Of a stretch of DNA of 41,894 nt, positions 1 to 10,115 are shown in pieces; within the stretch, counting starts at the first letter, position 1; every line of letters begins with the position of its first letter. The position numbers were made by a program, and so were the translations under genes. A model generated the notes under the pieces. That model ran no database searches, had not been told where the DNA came from, and saw nothing but the letters and a program-made list of their open reading frames with translations. Source of the DNA: a bacterium (GTDB lineage Bacteria > UBP15 > UBA6099 > JAJRTR01). The DNA is taken from NCBI GenBank assembly GCA_024278215.1, contig JAJRTR010000192.1:1-41894 (forward strand), written 5' to 3'.

Positions 1-72
1 ATTTTGCATCTCCGCCTTGCTTCTGAATAATTTCGTTCGACCTTGCTTCGAACATAATTTTGCAATTGGCTC
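1..72 (-). mobile_element. Partial MITE-like element (family A), cut by the window edge
   Basis: The reverse complement GAGCCAATTGCAAAATTATGTTCG...GCAAGGCGGAGATGCAAAAT aligns closely with 23927-23997. Confidence 0.8.
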
Positions 73-326
73 GTAAGTAATTGTTGGTGGCCATATTATG
101 GACTGCCGTTCGCGATACAGTTTTTGCACAGGCCTTTTCACGCATAAATTATCCGAAAAACAAATTACTTTTTAACTTGTGCGTTTTTGAAACATGCGCA
201 GAATTCACTGGAAGTACGGCCAGGGACCTGCATTCGAATACAGGCCGCGTACCCTGCAATACCACAGCTTCGTTTCAGGCAACTGAATTACTACATTGCT
301 TAAAATCGGAAAGGATGACAAAAAAC

Positions 327-1205
327 ATGAAACATCGTGATTCATCAAAACGCAGGAGTGTCCTGCAACTGCTTGTCATGGCTGTATCGACGGTAGTTAT
401 TCTCGGTTTTCAGTCGGCACCCGCCACAGCGCAATACAAAGACGGCCGGAAACCGGCAGGTGTGATAGAGGAAGTTAAGGAAACGTATATATGCCCCGCG
501 ACTGGCTTATCCATTAACGACTCAGCAACTGAAGGCGCGCTGTGCCCCGGCGGCAGTAAGGTTCTCAGGATCGTCGGCCTGATGGTGGATGCGGGCTGGA
601 GCAGGGAGGACATCCTTTCATCAATGAACATATTCGTCAGGGGAAAGTCGATAAGGGCAAGTGTGGATACAAGCGGTATGCCCGCTATCGGCGACCCCGA
701 TGCTCCTGTTACCATGGTCGAGTTCACCGACATGCAATGCCCCTACTGCAAGAGGTACAACGACACAACATTTCCAGCTCTGAAAAAAAAGTATATCGAT
801 AGCGGAAAAGTGCGATACGTGCAGGTCAACCTGCCGCTTCCGTTTCACAAGAATGCGAATAAAGCCGCACAGTCCCTTTATTGTGCAGCCGACCAGGATA
901 AGTTCTGGGAGTTGAGAGCAATGTTGTTCAATGACCAGAAGAAGTTGTCTGTTCCGGATATAAAAGGATATGCGGATGATCTTGGAGTAGACACCGTCGC
1001 GTTTGCCTCATGTCTCGACGGCGGAAAATATAAAGAACGTGTGAACAGAGACTTGAGCAAGGCTCGGAGCGCAGGCATAAACGGCACCCCCGGCTTTGTG
1101 ATCGCGCCCACACGTAAAGACGGAAAGATCACAGGGAACAAATTGAGCGGCGCGCAGCCGGCCGGCACATTTTACGAGGCGATTGATAAAGTGACGGCAA
1201 AATGA
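327..1205 (+). CDS. Exported DsbA/thioredoxin-fold oxidoreductase
   Basis: GDPDAPVTMVEFTDMQCPYC, LPFH and GINGTPGF cis-Pro motifs, plus a signal peptide. Start moved to ATG 327 after the GGAAAGGA RBS (ATG 315 is an alternative). Confidence 0.9.
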   Translation: MKHRDSSKRRSVLQLLVMAVSTVVILGFQSAPATAQYKDGRKPAGVIEEVKETYICPATGLSINDSATEGALCPGGSKVLRIVGLMVDAGWSREDILSSMNIFVRGKSIRASVDTSGMPAIGDPDAPVTMVEFTDMQCPYCKRYNDTTFPALKKKYIDSGKVRYVQVNLPLPFHKNANKAAQSLYCAADQDKFWELRAMLFNDQKKLSVPDIKGYADDLGVDTVAFASCLDGGKYKERVNRDLSKARSAGINGTPGFVIAPTRKDGKITGNKLSGAQPAGTFYEAIDKVTAK

Positions 1206-1268
1206 CGAGGGCCGCGGCACGGTTGCTGTTCGGCAAGTGCCGTCGTGTCTGGAGAAGGGAGCGTTTGC

Positions 1269-3476
1269 ATGAATACGAAAAACAAGTGGTTTCTGCTCAC
1301 AGTGCTCGTCGCTTCCGTCGTGATAATCGCAGCCGCGCGTTATTCTGATCTGTATGTGTATCTCCCGGCGCTGGGTTTTCTCTATGATGCGTTCGAGCCC
1401 GGCGGTGCTGAGGCCCGCGCCGAAACCACGGGGAAGAACCATCTCGCAAACCAGAAAAGTCCGTACCTGCTCCAACATGCCGACAACCCGGTGGACTGGT
1501 ATCCATGGGGCGACGAAGCTTTCAACAGGGCGAAGAAAGAAAACAAGCCGATATTCCTTTCCATCGGGTATTCGACCTGTCACTGGTGCCATGTCATGGA
1601 ACGCGATTCGTTTGAGAACGAACTCGTGGCCGCGATTATTAACAAGTATTTCATCTCGATAAAAGTGGATCGTGAAGAGAGGCCGGACATCGACGCGATT
1701 TATATGAAAGTATGTCAGGCAATGACCGGCGGCGGCGGATGGCCGCTGACTATCGTGATGACGCCCGACAGGAAACCTTTCTTCGCCGGCACTTTCTTCC
1801 CGGCCGACGACAACTACGGCAGAAAAGGGCTTAAGACTATTCTCCGGGAAATAGCAGACCTGTGGGAATCCAATCATGACAGGGTGCAGGCTTCAGCCGA
1901 CAACATCACGCAGGCGGTACAGACAAAGCAGGACTCGGAAGCCGGTGTTCAACTCGATGAAAAAACGCTGAAACATGCGTTCGATATTTTCTCTGCAAAC
2001 TACGACAGGCAATACGGCGGTTTCGGCCGCGACGGGCCGAAGTTCCCAAAGGCGCACGAGATATCGTTCCTGCTGCGATATTGGAAAAGAACCGGCGATG
2101 CGGACGCGCTGGAGATGGCTGAAAAAACGCTCGACGGCATTTACAGGGGCGGTGTGCACGACCACATCGGCGGCGGCTATCACCGCTATTCCACAGACAA
2201 GATGTGGCTGGTGCCCCACTTCGAGAAAATGCTCTACGACCAGGCGATACTCGCGCGCGCTTTTCTCGAAGCATATCAGGCGACCGGGAAACAGGTCTAC
2301 GCGGACGCCGCGCGCGACATTTTCGATTACGTGCTCCGCGACATGACCGGTCCGCGGGGCGGCTTCTATTCCGCCGAGGATGCCGACAGCGAGGGCGAAG
2401 AAGGCAAGTTCTACGTGTGGACGAAAGGGGAAATCGACACGCTTCTGGGCAGCGGCGCGGCAGCGTTCGAGAAATATTACGGCGTGACGCAAAGCGGCAA
2501 TTTCGAGCGAGGAACGAACATACTTCACATCCCGGATCAACTGTCGGAGTCCGAAAAGAAAAATATTGCTCCGGCACTCGAATCGGGACGAAAGAAACTG
2601 TTCGCCGCACGCGGCAAACGTGTCAGACCCTCCCTTGACGACAAGGTGCTGGTAAGCTGGAACGGACTGATGATATCGTCACTGGCCTATGGCTCCCGCG
2701 TACTCGGGGAGCCGCGCTATGCAGAGGCCGCGGAGAAGGCGGCCGGTTTCATTATGTCCGGGATGTGGAAGGACGGCAGGCTGCTGAGGCGCTACCGGGA
2801 CGGTGAAGCCGGGATCCCCGGCTTTGTCGACGATTATGCCTTTCTCGACCTTGCGCTTGTCGATCTCTACGAAGCGACATTCGACTTGAAATGGATTGCG
2901 GATGCGAAAAAAGTCGCCGACCTGATGCTGAAACTTTTCCGTGATGACGACAGCGGGGGCCTGCTTTTTTCAGCCGATGACAATGAGCAACTGCCAGGTA
3001 CCGTCAGGGATGCCTATGACGGTGCGGAACCGTCAGGAAACTCTATCGCGGCGCTCGCTCTCCTGAAGTTGGCGAAACTGACAATGAACTCCGAATATGA
3101 AAGCGCGGGCCGGGAGATTATCAATGCCTTTTCGGCCGGGATAGCGAGTTATCCCGTCGGATTCGCGCAGATGCTCCAGGCGCTCGACTTCGAGATCGGA
3201 CCTTCGATGGAAATCGTTATTGTGGGCAACTCGTCGGACCCGTTTGCGCTGAATATGCTCGAAGTCGTCGACAATGAATACCTGCCCAGCAAAATCCTTG
3301 TGTTCTATCCAAAAGATAAACCCGCCGGCGAAATAGAATCCGTTATTCCCTACACGGAAATGAAGGAAATGATCGGCGGCAGTCCGACAGCCTTCGTGTG
3401 CAGCAACTTCACGTGTAAATTCCCAACCAACGACATCAACCAACTGCGAAAACTGTTGTCGGCAGATGACAGGTAG
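1269..3476 (+). CDS. YyaL/SPATA20-family thioredoxin-domain protein with alpha/alpha toroid
   Basis: [45 protein letters not shown] and [11 protein letters not shown] motifs. ATG 1269 follows GGAGAAGGGAG. Confidence 0.92.
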   Translation: MNTKNKWFLLTVLVASVVIIAAARYSDLYVYLPALGFLYDAFEPGGAEARAETTGKNHLANQKSPYLLQHADNPVDWYPWGDEAFNRAKKENKPIFLSIGYSTCHWCHVMERDSFENELVAAIINKYFISIKVDREERPDIDAIYMKVCQAMTGGGGWPLTIVMTPDRKPFFAGTFFPADDNYGRKGLKTILREIADLWESNHDRVQASADNITQAVQTKQDSEAGVQLDEKTLKHAFDIFSANYDRQYGGFGRDGPKFPKAHEISFLLRYWKRTGDADALEMAEKTLDGIYRGGVHDHIGGGYHRYSTDKMWLVPHFEKMLYDQAILARAFLEAYQATGKQVYADAARDIFDYVLRDMTGPRGGFYSAEDADSEGEEGKFYVWTKGEIDTLLGSGAAAFEKYYGVTQSGNFERGTNILHIPDQLSESEKKNIAPALESGRKKLFAARGKRVRPSLDDKVLVSWNGLMISSLAYGSRVLGEPRYAEAAEKAAGFIMSGMWKDGRLLRRYRDGEAGIPGFVDDYAFLDLALVDLYEATFDLKWIADAKKVADLMLKLFRDDDSGGLLFSADDNEQLPGTVRDAYDGAEPSGNSIAALALLKLAKLTMNSEYESAGREIINAFSAGIASYPVGFAQMLQALDFEIGPSMEIVIVGNSSDPFALNMLEVVDNEYLPSKILVFYPKDKPAGEIESVIPYTEMKEMIGGSPTAFVCSNFTCKFPTNDINQLRKLLSADDR

Positions 3477-3753
3477 CGAGTGTCGTGTCAGGCGCTGAAT
3501 GTCGGCAAAACGGCAGGACACTGTCACCGCCCCGTGGCTATCTATAGCATTTATTATTTAGAATTGCATACGTATAGTTACGATTATCATGTACAAAGAA
3601 AAGAACACTTTATTGTCATTTCACGACTTCATATACGCAATTCCTGACGATAACAACTATAAGTCGCGTGCTCGCATTATAGTATATTGTTCTCGGCGAG
3701 GGACAATGAGTGTATACTATGAATAGTTGAAAAAGACGGATGGGAAGAGGAAG

Positions 3754-4179
3754 ATGAAACTTAATACGAGGGTGAGATATGCGGTAAGGATGATGGCGGA
3801 TATTATGAAGAACAGCAACGGTGAAACAGTGCCGCTGAAGGACGTGGCAAAAAGACAGAATCTTTCCAAGCGCTACCTCTCACAACTGGCGACACCCCTG
3901 AAGAACGCGAAGTTGCTGAAGAGTGTCTGGGGGATGAACGGCGGATACATTCTCGCGCGGCCCGGGGCGGAGATAACGATATTAGAGATAATTGAGGCCG
4001 TTGAAGGCTCGATCAGCATTATTGACTGTATAACTGAAAAGGAACTCTGCATGAGAACTGAAGGATGTGAGTGCCGCTCACTGTGGAGCGGACTCAATGA
4101 CACTATTGTGTCATATCTTGAAGGATGCACACTTGAAGACATAGTTTTAAAAAGCGGAGACAACCTGTGTAGCGCCTGA
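3754..4179 (+). CDS. Rrf2-family transcriptional regulator (probable Fe-S type)
   Basis: MKLNTRVRYAVR, YLSQL, GMNGGYILAR and ITILEIIEAVEG, with C-x6-C-x5-C-like cysteines. ATG follows GAGG. Confidence 0.92.
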   Translation: MKLNTRVRYAVRMMADIMKNSNGETVPLKDVAKRQNLSKRYLSQLATPLKNAKLLKSVWGMNGGYILARPGAEITILEIIEAVEGSISIIDCITEKELCMRTEGCECRSLWSGLNDTIVSYLEGCTLEDIVLKSGDNLCSA

Positions 4180-4498
4180 GGTCGCACCTCACGGTCGTTA
4201 TCGTAATATTGAAGATTTCCCTATAAAGAGGTACGGAGTGTACGACATGCAAGGTACGCTTCAGCCCGGATACCTTCAATTAAGGGTATGACGATTGCAA
4301 ATATCTGTAACTATTCATAGAGCTGTGAAGAGCATTTCTTCTCTGTGCGAAGTCGAAGAGTAAATGCCGTGGATGTCCTCCGTCTTAGCTCGGGAAGCAC
4401 CTCCGGATAAGTGTCATTTCAGCGTTGACACAACACAATAGCTGAACGGTGAGAACAGTTACAGAGAAGGTGGTAATTCGGCGAATGGAGCTGTTGAT

Positions 4499-5650
4499 AT
4501 GCCTGAATGGGATGTAGTAATAATCGCAAGGGATACCTGGGGTGATGTGTGGCGCAGGCGGCACTGCCTCGCGCACGAATGGGCACGCGAACGAAAAGTT
4601 CTTTTTGTGGAACCCGCAGTCGCGTCGAAAAAGAAGCGGAAGAAAAGAAGCGTGCGGGAAGACGGAGGGCTTCCGCCCGGTATTCGTGTTGTCGAGGATA
4701 ACATATATGTAATGAACCCGGTGAAGCATCTGCCCAATTCGCTTTCGTTGGGCCGCAGCATGAATATGAAAGCGATAGGTGTTGCGCTGAAAAAGAATCT
4801 TAAAACACTTGGTTTCAGAAATCCCCTGATGTGGATTACAGCCGAGTTCGGAGTGCATTTTATCGAACATGTCCCCCACAGCCTGGTTGTATATGACGTG
4901 ACGGACGACTGGACGGCGGCTACTCTGCCTGAGAAGGAAATGAAGCAGATAGTGGGCGACGACAGGCTGCTTGTCGAAAAAGCGGATATTATCTTCACCG
5001 TTTCAAAAGCGCTTTTTGATAAAAAATCAAAATTCAAAGAGGAAACATTCATCGTTCCGAATGGAGTTCGTATAGAACTTTACGAAGGCGTGAAGTCCGG
5101 GCCGGTCGCCGAACTCGAGGGTATAAACAGGCCGATTGTCGGTTACGCGGGAACACTTCATTCCGACCGGCTCGACATAGGGTTGATCGATGAAGTCGCC
5201 CGGATGGCGAGAGGCAGGTTTTCCATCGTATTTATCGGGCCCAACAGCCTGGATGTAAAGTCGATGGAGACGCTCGATAAGCACATGAATGTTTTCATAC
5301 GTCCGCCTGTAAAATTCGAACGGCTGCCCGAGATTCTCGCGTCTTTCGACCTGTGCAGTATTCCGCACAGGATAACGCAATTCACCAACAGCCTCAATCC
5401 GCTCAAAGCATTCGAGTATCTCGCATCGGGAACCCCGATAATCACTACACCGGTCGCCGAAATGGCGGCTTTTGCGGAATATGTGACATTCGCGGAAGGT
5501 CCGGAAAAGTTTTTCGAGGCGGCGCTCGATATATTAAATGGGAATGAGATGTCCACTGCTGAAGAAAGAAAGGCGGCGGCCCGGGAGCATTCGTGGCGGA
5601 ATCGTGAACTCGAGATACGCGAGATAATCGAGGAGTTTACAGTGAAATAG
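4499..5650 (+). CDS. GT-B glycosyltransferase (TuaH-like, GT4-type)
   Basis: VYDVTDDW, VPNGV, PIVGYAGTL and NPLKAFEYLASGTPII motifs. Confidence 0.88.
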   Translation: MPEWDVVIIARDTWGDVWRRRHCLAHEWARERKVLFVEPAVASKKKRKKRSVREDGGLPPGIRVVEDNIYVMNPVKHLPNSLSLGRSMNMKAIGVALKKNLKTLGFRNPLMWITAEFGVHFIEHVPHSLVVYDVTDDWTAATLPEKEMKQIVGDDRLLVEKADIIFTVSKALFDKKSKFKEETFIVPNGVRIELYEGVKSGPVAELEGINRPIVGYAGTLHSDRLDIGLIDEVARMARGRFSIVFIGPNSLDVKSMETLDKHMNVFIRPPVKFERLPEILASFDLCSIPHRITQFTNSLNPLKAFEYLASGTPIITTPVAEMAAFAEYVTFAEGPEKFFEAALDILNGNEMSTAEERKAAAREHSWRNRELEIREIIEEFTVK

Positions 5651-5838
5651 ACACTTTCGATGATCTCGTGATATATAGTTAATCGCGAAAATGAAGTTTT
5701 TATGAACGCCGGAACATTCATTCGAAGAGCTGACACTGAAGAGGGCGGGAACAATGAAAACATAATATTTACAAGCGAAACGACAATGGAATTCCCCTGC
5801 AACACCAATACATGGCATTTTCGTTTTTTCCGCATTGC

Positions 5839-5866
5839 TAAAGTTTTCAAGAATATGTACCGATTG
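5839..5866 (+). promoter_or_regulatory. Putative sigma28 (FliA/SigD) promoter of flagellin 1
   Basis: TAAA(GTTT)-N16-ACCGATTG about 280 bp upstream of the flagellin ATG, with the same spacing as the promoter at 38267-38294. Confidence 0.6.
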
Positions 5867-6123
5867 AATAAGTAAGCTGGATGTGTCGGCGAAGCCCGAA
5901 AATTGCGTATATGTTTATATCGCGCTTTCGGCTATCGTCGGCTACAACATAACAGCCGTCCGAGTGTGGAAGGGATTCCGCGCCGGATGATAGCGTTGCC
6001 GTGAAATATGGTGAATGCCGTATAGCGTGCGCTCATCCTTAAACTGGGATGTCGGCAGGCGCAAGCAATATACAGCATATAACTATTGTTTCATGGTTGC
6101 GGAATAATTTAGTTTCGCGCGAT

Positions 6124-6141
6124 TTCTACAAGGAGGTAGGA
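6124..6141 (+). promoter_or_regulatory. RBS presented in a CsrA/RsmA-type hairpin
   Basis: TTCTAC-AAGGAG-GTAGGA forms a 6-bp stem with an ANGGAN hexaloop overlapping the Shine-Dalgarno. Confidence 0.6.
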
Positions 6142-6143
6142 TT

Positions 6144-7160
6144 ATGATCGCCGTTAACACCAATATCAGTGCGCTTTTTACACAGTACGCTACCCGCGCA
6201 AATCAACTGAGTCTGAACGAGAGAACCGAGCGCCTTTCGAGTGGTTCCAAGCTCAACAGAGCTGCGGACGACCCGTCGGGGCTGGCGATTTCTCAGGGGA
6301 TGAATGCGCAACTCCACGGTATCCGGCAGGCAATTGGCAACTCGCAGGACACTATCCACATGTTGCGTCTCGTGGATAGTTTTATTGATGATATCCAGAA
6401 TATCATGATGGATATCAGGGACACTAATGTCCGCCTCGCGAATCAGGCGACACTCACAAACAATCCCACAGGTGTGGCGGGATCAGTGCCGCTTGTTCAC
6501 GACAACATGGAACTCCACAAGGAGAGCGAGGTAATGAAGTACAGCATCTACAGGATGTTCACCGAATTTCCCAACCCGGGACAGCAGCAAACCCCCGTTC
6601 TCAATTACAATGGGAAGAACATCTTTGACAGTACGGGCGGAGGAATCGTGGATGATCTACAGCGCGGTTTTGCCAATGGCCAGGTGGCCCAGGTGGGAGC
6701 CGACAACGATACAGCAAACCGGGTCAATATTGTACTGGACGATCTGGCTACATATTTCTTTGCCTGGCGAACCGAGTACAACCCGCCGCCCAATCCGAGT
6801 GGAAACGCATCCAGCGGCTGGTATCTCGGATACGCGCAGGACACGATTTCAGATGTGGACGGCAAGCTTGATAAGCTCAACGAACTGCGTACACAAATCG
6901 GCGCTCAGGACGTAGCGCTCCAACACACCATCGACGATCTCAACAACCAGTACATCAATATTGCCGGCGGCAAATCGAGAATCACCGATGCTGATATGGC
7001 TGTCGAAATTACTCAGAATACCGCTGAGTTGATCAAGAGCCAGTCATTATCCTTGACTTTCCAGCAGGCCAACGCGCTGCCTCTGTTGACTGTGCCGTTG
7101 CTCGACGCCATTTACAACGGACTTTCTCCCAAGATGGTACACACCGGATCGGGTTCGTAG
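6144..7160 (+). CDS. Flagellin-family protein (divergent)
   Basis: N-terminal VNTNISAL...ERLSSGSKLNRAADDPSGLAIS; C-terminal LRTQIGA...SRITDADMAVE...QAN. Strong RBS. Confidence 0.9.
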   Translation: MIAVNTNISALFTQYATRANQLSLNERTERLSSGSKLNRAADDPSGLAISQGMNAQLHGIRQAIGNSQDTIHMLRLVDSFIDDIQNIMMDIRDTNVRLANQATLTNNPTGVAGSVPLVHDNMELHKESEVMKYSIYRMFTEFPNPGQQQTPVLNYNGKNIFDSTGGGIVDDLQRGFANGQVAQVGADNDTANRVNIVLDDLATYFFAWRTEYNPPPNPSGNASSGWYLGYAQDTISDVDGKLDKLNELRTQIGAQDVALQHTIDDLNNQYINIAGGKSRITDADMAVEITQNTAELIKSQSLSLTFQQANALPLLTVPLLDAIYNGLSPKMVHTGSGS

Positions 7161-7265
7161 TGATAGTCGTTACTACGCGCAGGGAGTGCCGACCCGGCGC
7201 GGTTATTCTTTTTCGGGTTGCTTAACCATCGGCCCGATGTGTGATTATATAGGACTGAACATTGC

Positions 7266-7292
7266 AGACCCGGCCTCTCGGGGCCGGGTTTT
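7266..7292 (+). terminator. Probable intrinsic terminator after flagellin 1
   Basis: GC-rich hairpin ACCCGGCC...GGCCGGGT followed by T residues. Confidence 0.65.
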
Positions 7293-7347
7293 GTGCGTTC
7301 TTTTTCAGCCCGCTTACTTCACCAATCCATGCTAAGGCAACTGATAA

Positions 7348-8256
7348 ATGATCAAGAAGAAATTCACTGGCCTGATACTGGCCGACATTCATTGTTCCGG
7401 CGAAGGCGACGACCTGCCGATAAAAGGGAAAATCGCAAGAGACCTGAATGATTTCTTCGACAGGATAAAACTCGATTCGATATTCCGCTTCCGCAATCAA
7501 CTGAAAACCGCCGCCGAAACGATGCAAAGACTCCGCGGTATTCTCGATAAATATATGGATCGGGCCGAGCAGGTTTTTATTGCGGGCGACATCACGGATA
7601 TGGGCCGCGACAGCGAATATAAATCCGTAATTGAAGCGCTCGCCGACTACGATTCCCGCAAAATATCAGTCGTACCCGGCAATCACGAATATGCACAGGT
7701 ATACATGCTGAAAAAAAGGCGCAAACTCATCAGGAAATTTAAAAATATCTTCGAGAATTTCCTGCCGCCGACACCAGAGCCGTCTGACTCCGACCTATAC
7801 TATCCTTATGTGAAAGAGATCGGCGGCGACTTTGTTGTGTTCGGACTGGACACGGGGCTTGCTCCATTGCAAGGTCCGTCGAAGGGCCTTTTCGGACCCG
7901 AACAACTCGACAGGCTGGAAACCCTGCTCGACTCAGGCCGGTTCGACGGCATGCACAAGATTATGCTTATGCACCACGATGTGTCGATCACGGATCGCGA
8001 CGACCTCGATTATGTACATGATCGCGACAGGTTCGTCGATATTCTTAACATACACAACATCGGCCCGCAGGACAGAAATATTACTGTTATCTGCGGACAC
8101 ACACACACGGAAAAGTTCGGCGGCGGAAACATCGGGAATATCAATTTCATCGCCGGACCCTACTTTTGTTCGCGAACCGGAAATGATTTTCTCCTCTTTG
8201 AGATCAACGAAGACGGCATTGCAGCGCGACTGAATACAAATGAGTCCGCCGGATAA
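7348..8256 (+). CDS. Calcineurin-like metallophosphoesterase
   Basis: DIH, GDITD, GNHE, MHH and GHTH motifs. Confidence 0.9.
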   Translation: MIKKKFTGLILADIHCSGEGDDLPIKGKIARDLNDFFDRIKLDSIFRFRNQLKTAAETMQRLRGILDKYMDRAEQVFIAGDITDMGRDSEYKSVIEALADYDSRKISVVPGNHEYAQVYMLKKRRKLIRKFKNIFENFLPPTPEPSDSDLYYPYVKEIGGDFVVFGLDTGLAPLQGPSKGLFGPEQLDRLETLLDSGRFDGMHKIMLMHHDVSITDRDDLDYVHDRDRFVDILNIHNIGPQDRNITVICGHTHTEKFGGGNIGNINFIAGPYFCSRTGNDFLLFEINEDGIAARLNTNESAG

Positions 8257-8274
8257 AGGTGTTATAATCAAGTT

Positions 8275-9450
8275 ATGTCGAAAAAAGAGATGAACAATGA
8301 AGGAGCAACGCCGGCGGGCGCGGCTGTCGAGGATATCTCCCCGGACTTTATCAATAAAAGGCGCATCCGTATGTCGGGCTACATGCCGAGCAGGTCTGCT
8401 GTCGAACTCGAAGCGCCCATCGAGGCGCGCGCTCTGGCAATAGGCGATGATTACAGTGGTATGTTGTTTGTCGTGATCGACACTTGCCTGGTAAGCCCGC
8501 TTGCGGCGCGATGCTGGCGTGAAAAGATTTCGCGGAAGGTGCCGCTGCCGCCTGACCGGATATTTATCGTGACGACACATACACATTCCGGGCCTGATCT
8601 GACTTTCATTTTCGGCGGCATACCGCCCGAGTACTACCTTAAAATCAGGCGCGGCGTGTTCAGGGCGGCAGTGCGTGCATGGGAAAGCAGAGCACCGGCC
8701 ACTATGCTTGCGGGCGCAGGCCGCCACAAACTGGGAATACCGCGAAGACGAGAATACGGACAGGAAAGTTATGACCACGATTTCACTGTGCTACAGTGGC
8801 GAAACGATGGCGCAACAATCGCAACGCTTGTGAATCTCGCATGTCACGGTGTCGTGCTGCCGAAATCTTCGACACTGCTCAGCCCCGACCTGCCCGGCGC
8901 GCTATGCCGAAAAATCGATTCGATATGCGGCGGCGTGACACTTTTCGCGCCGCGCGACCAGGGCGATGTGAATCCCGACATTCCGGGCAAAAACACTTAT
9001 GAGCAGAACGGAACAGTTGCCGACATTTACAGGCTTGCGGAGGAAGGCGCGGCGGCAATAAAAAGCGCTGTCGTAAATGCAGATGCAGTTGAATCCGCAC
9101 GGTTGGAGATCGAATTCCGTACATACAGGGTAACAATAAGGAAACTGCTGTCGGGTTTGATCAACTCCCCGATATGGACGGGCCGATTCAGCGGCAAGCC
9201 GGGAACAATCGACATTGAATACGGCCTGTTGACAATCGGCGATATTAGAGGAGCGACATTCCCGGGTGAAGTGCTGACATGCCTTGGAGAAAAAATGTTG
9301 AGTTGTTTTGATTCACCTTCGCTGCTGCTTACCTGCTGCAACGGCTGGCACGGCTATTTTATGACGAAAGAGACTTTCAGAAAGGGCGGCTATGAGCCCT
9401 CGATGTCGCCCGGACCGGTGACATTCGAGGACATGAATTTTTGTTCTTGA
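8275..9450 (+). CDS. Neutral/alkaline ceramidase-like hydrolase
   Basis: ARAL, TTHTHSGPD, NLACHGV, SPDLPG, GDVNP, PGE and GGYE motifs. Confidence 0.8.
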   Translation: MSKKEMNNEGATPAGAAVEDISPDFINKRRIRMSGYMPSRSAVELEAPIEARALAIGDDYSGMLFVVIDTCLVSPLAARCWREKISRKVPLPPDRIFIVTTHTHSGPDLTFIFGGIPPEYYLKIRRGVFRAAVRAWESRAPATMLAGAGRHKLGIPRRREYGQESYDHDFTVLQWRNDGATIATLVNLACHGVVLPKSSTLLSPDLPGALCRKIDSICGGVTLFAPRDQGDVNPDIPGKNTYEQNGTVADIYRLAEEGAAAIKSAVVNADAVESARLEIEFRTYRVTIRKLLSGLINSPIWTGRFSGKPGTIDIEYGLLTIGDIRGATFPGEVLTCLGEKMLSCFDSPSLLLTCCNGWHGYFMTKETFRKGGYEPSMSPGPVTFEDMNFCS

Positions 9451-9494
9451 GCGGAAATTATTCCACGGTCATATCCAGGAAGGATGCGGAATAA

Positions 9495-9965
9495 ATGAAA
9501 CGACATAAAATATTCGAGGCGGAATTGATCAATCTCAGGGAAGTGCCCGAGTATGTCGTGCAATATGTCGAACTGAGGAACAGGAACTACAAGGCTCTGA
9601 TTTCGTCGATGATGACTGTCGAAGACACACGGGAATGGCTTGCGCAGGCGGGTATAGAAGTGAGATGTATCGTGGAAGACGGCACAGTAGCCGGAGCGAT
9701 TGCGTTAAATTCGGACAGGGGCGGCGAACTGACTTTTTTCGCCGCGAAAAAAAACACGGGCATCGGCACGGAATTGATCGCGGTGATGGAGAAGGTGGGG
9801 CGTGATGCCGGACTTGAGAAGCTGTGGGCATGGACAGCGAAAGGGAACGTGCCTTCTCGACGCGCTTTCGAGAAAAATGGCTTCAGGCTGAAGAATACAC
9901 TTGCTAAAGAGTATGACGGGAAACGCATTGAAGGTGTAATTTACGAAAAGAGCCTCAGCGGTTGA
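9495..9965 (+). CDS. GNAT-family N-acetyltransferase
   Basis: NTGIGTELI acetyl-CoA motif A and NVPSRRAFEKNGF motif B. Confidence 0.85.
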   Translation: MKRHKIFEAELINLREVPEYVVQYVELRNRNYKALISSMMTVEDTREWLAQAGIEVRCIVEDGTVAGAIALNSDRGGELTFFAAKKNTGIGTELIAVMEKVGRDAGLEKLWAWTAKGNVPSRRAFEKNGFRLKNTLAKEYDGKRIEGVIYEKSLSG

Positions 9966-10115
9966 GCGAGAAACTATTCCTATTCCCACCTGTGTGCCGG
10001 GTATAATATTTTTCTTTTGTGCATGAAAACGCTCTTCATATTTAAGGTGCGGGACGGTGAACGCGACCTGCACTTCGTGTCGTTTCCGCTGTTCGTTCCC
10101 AGGGTCCACCCGAAG

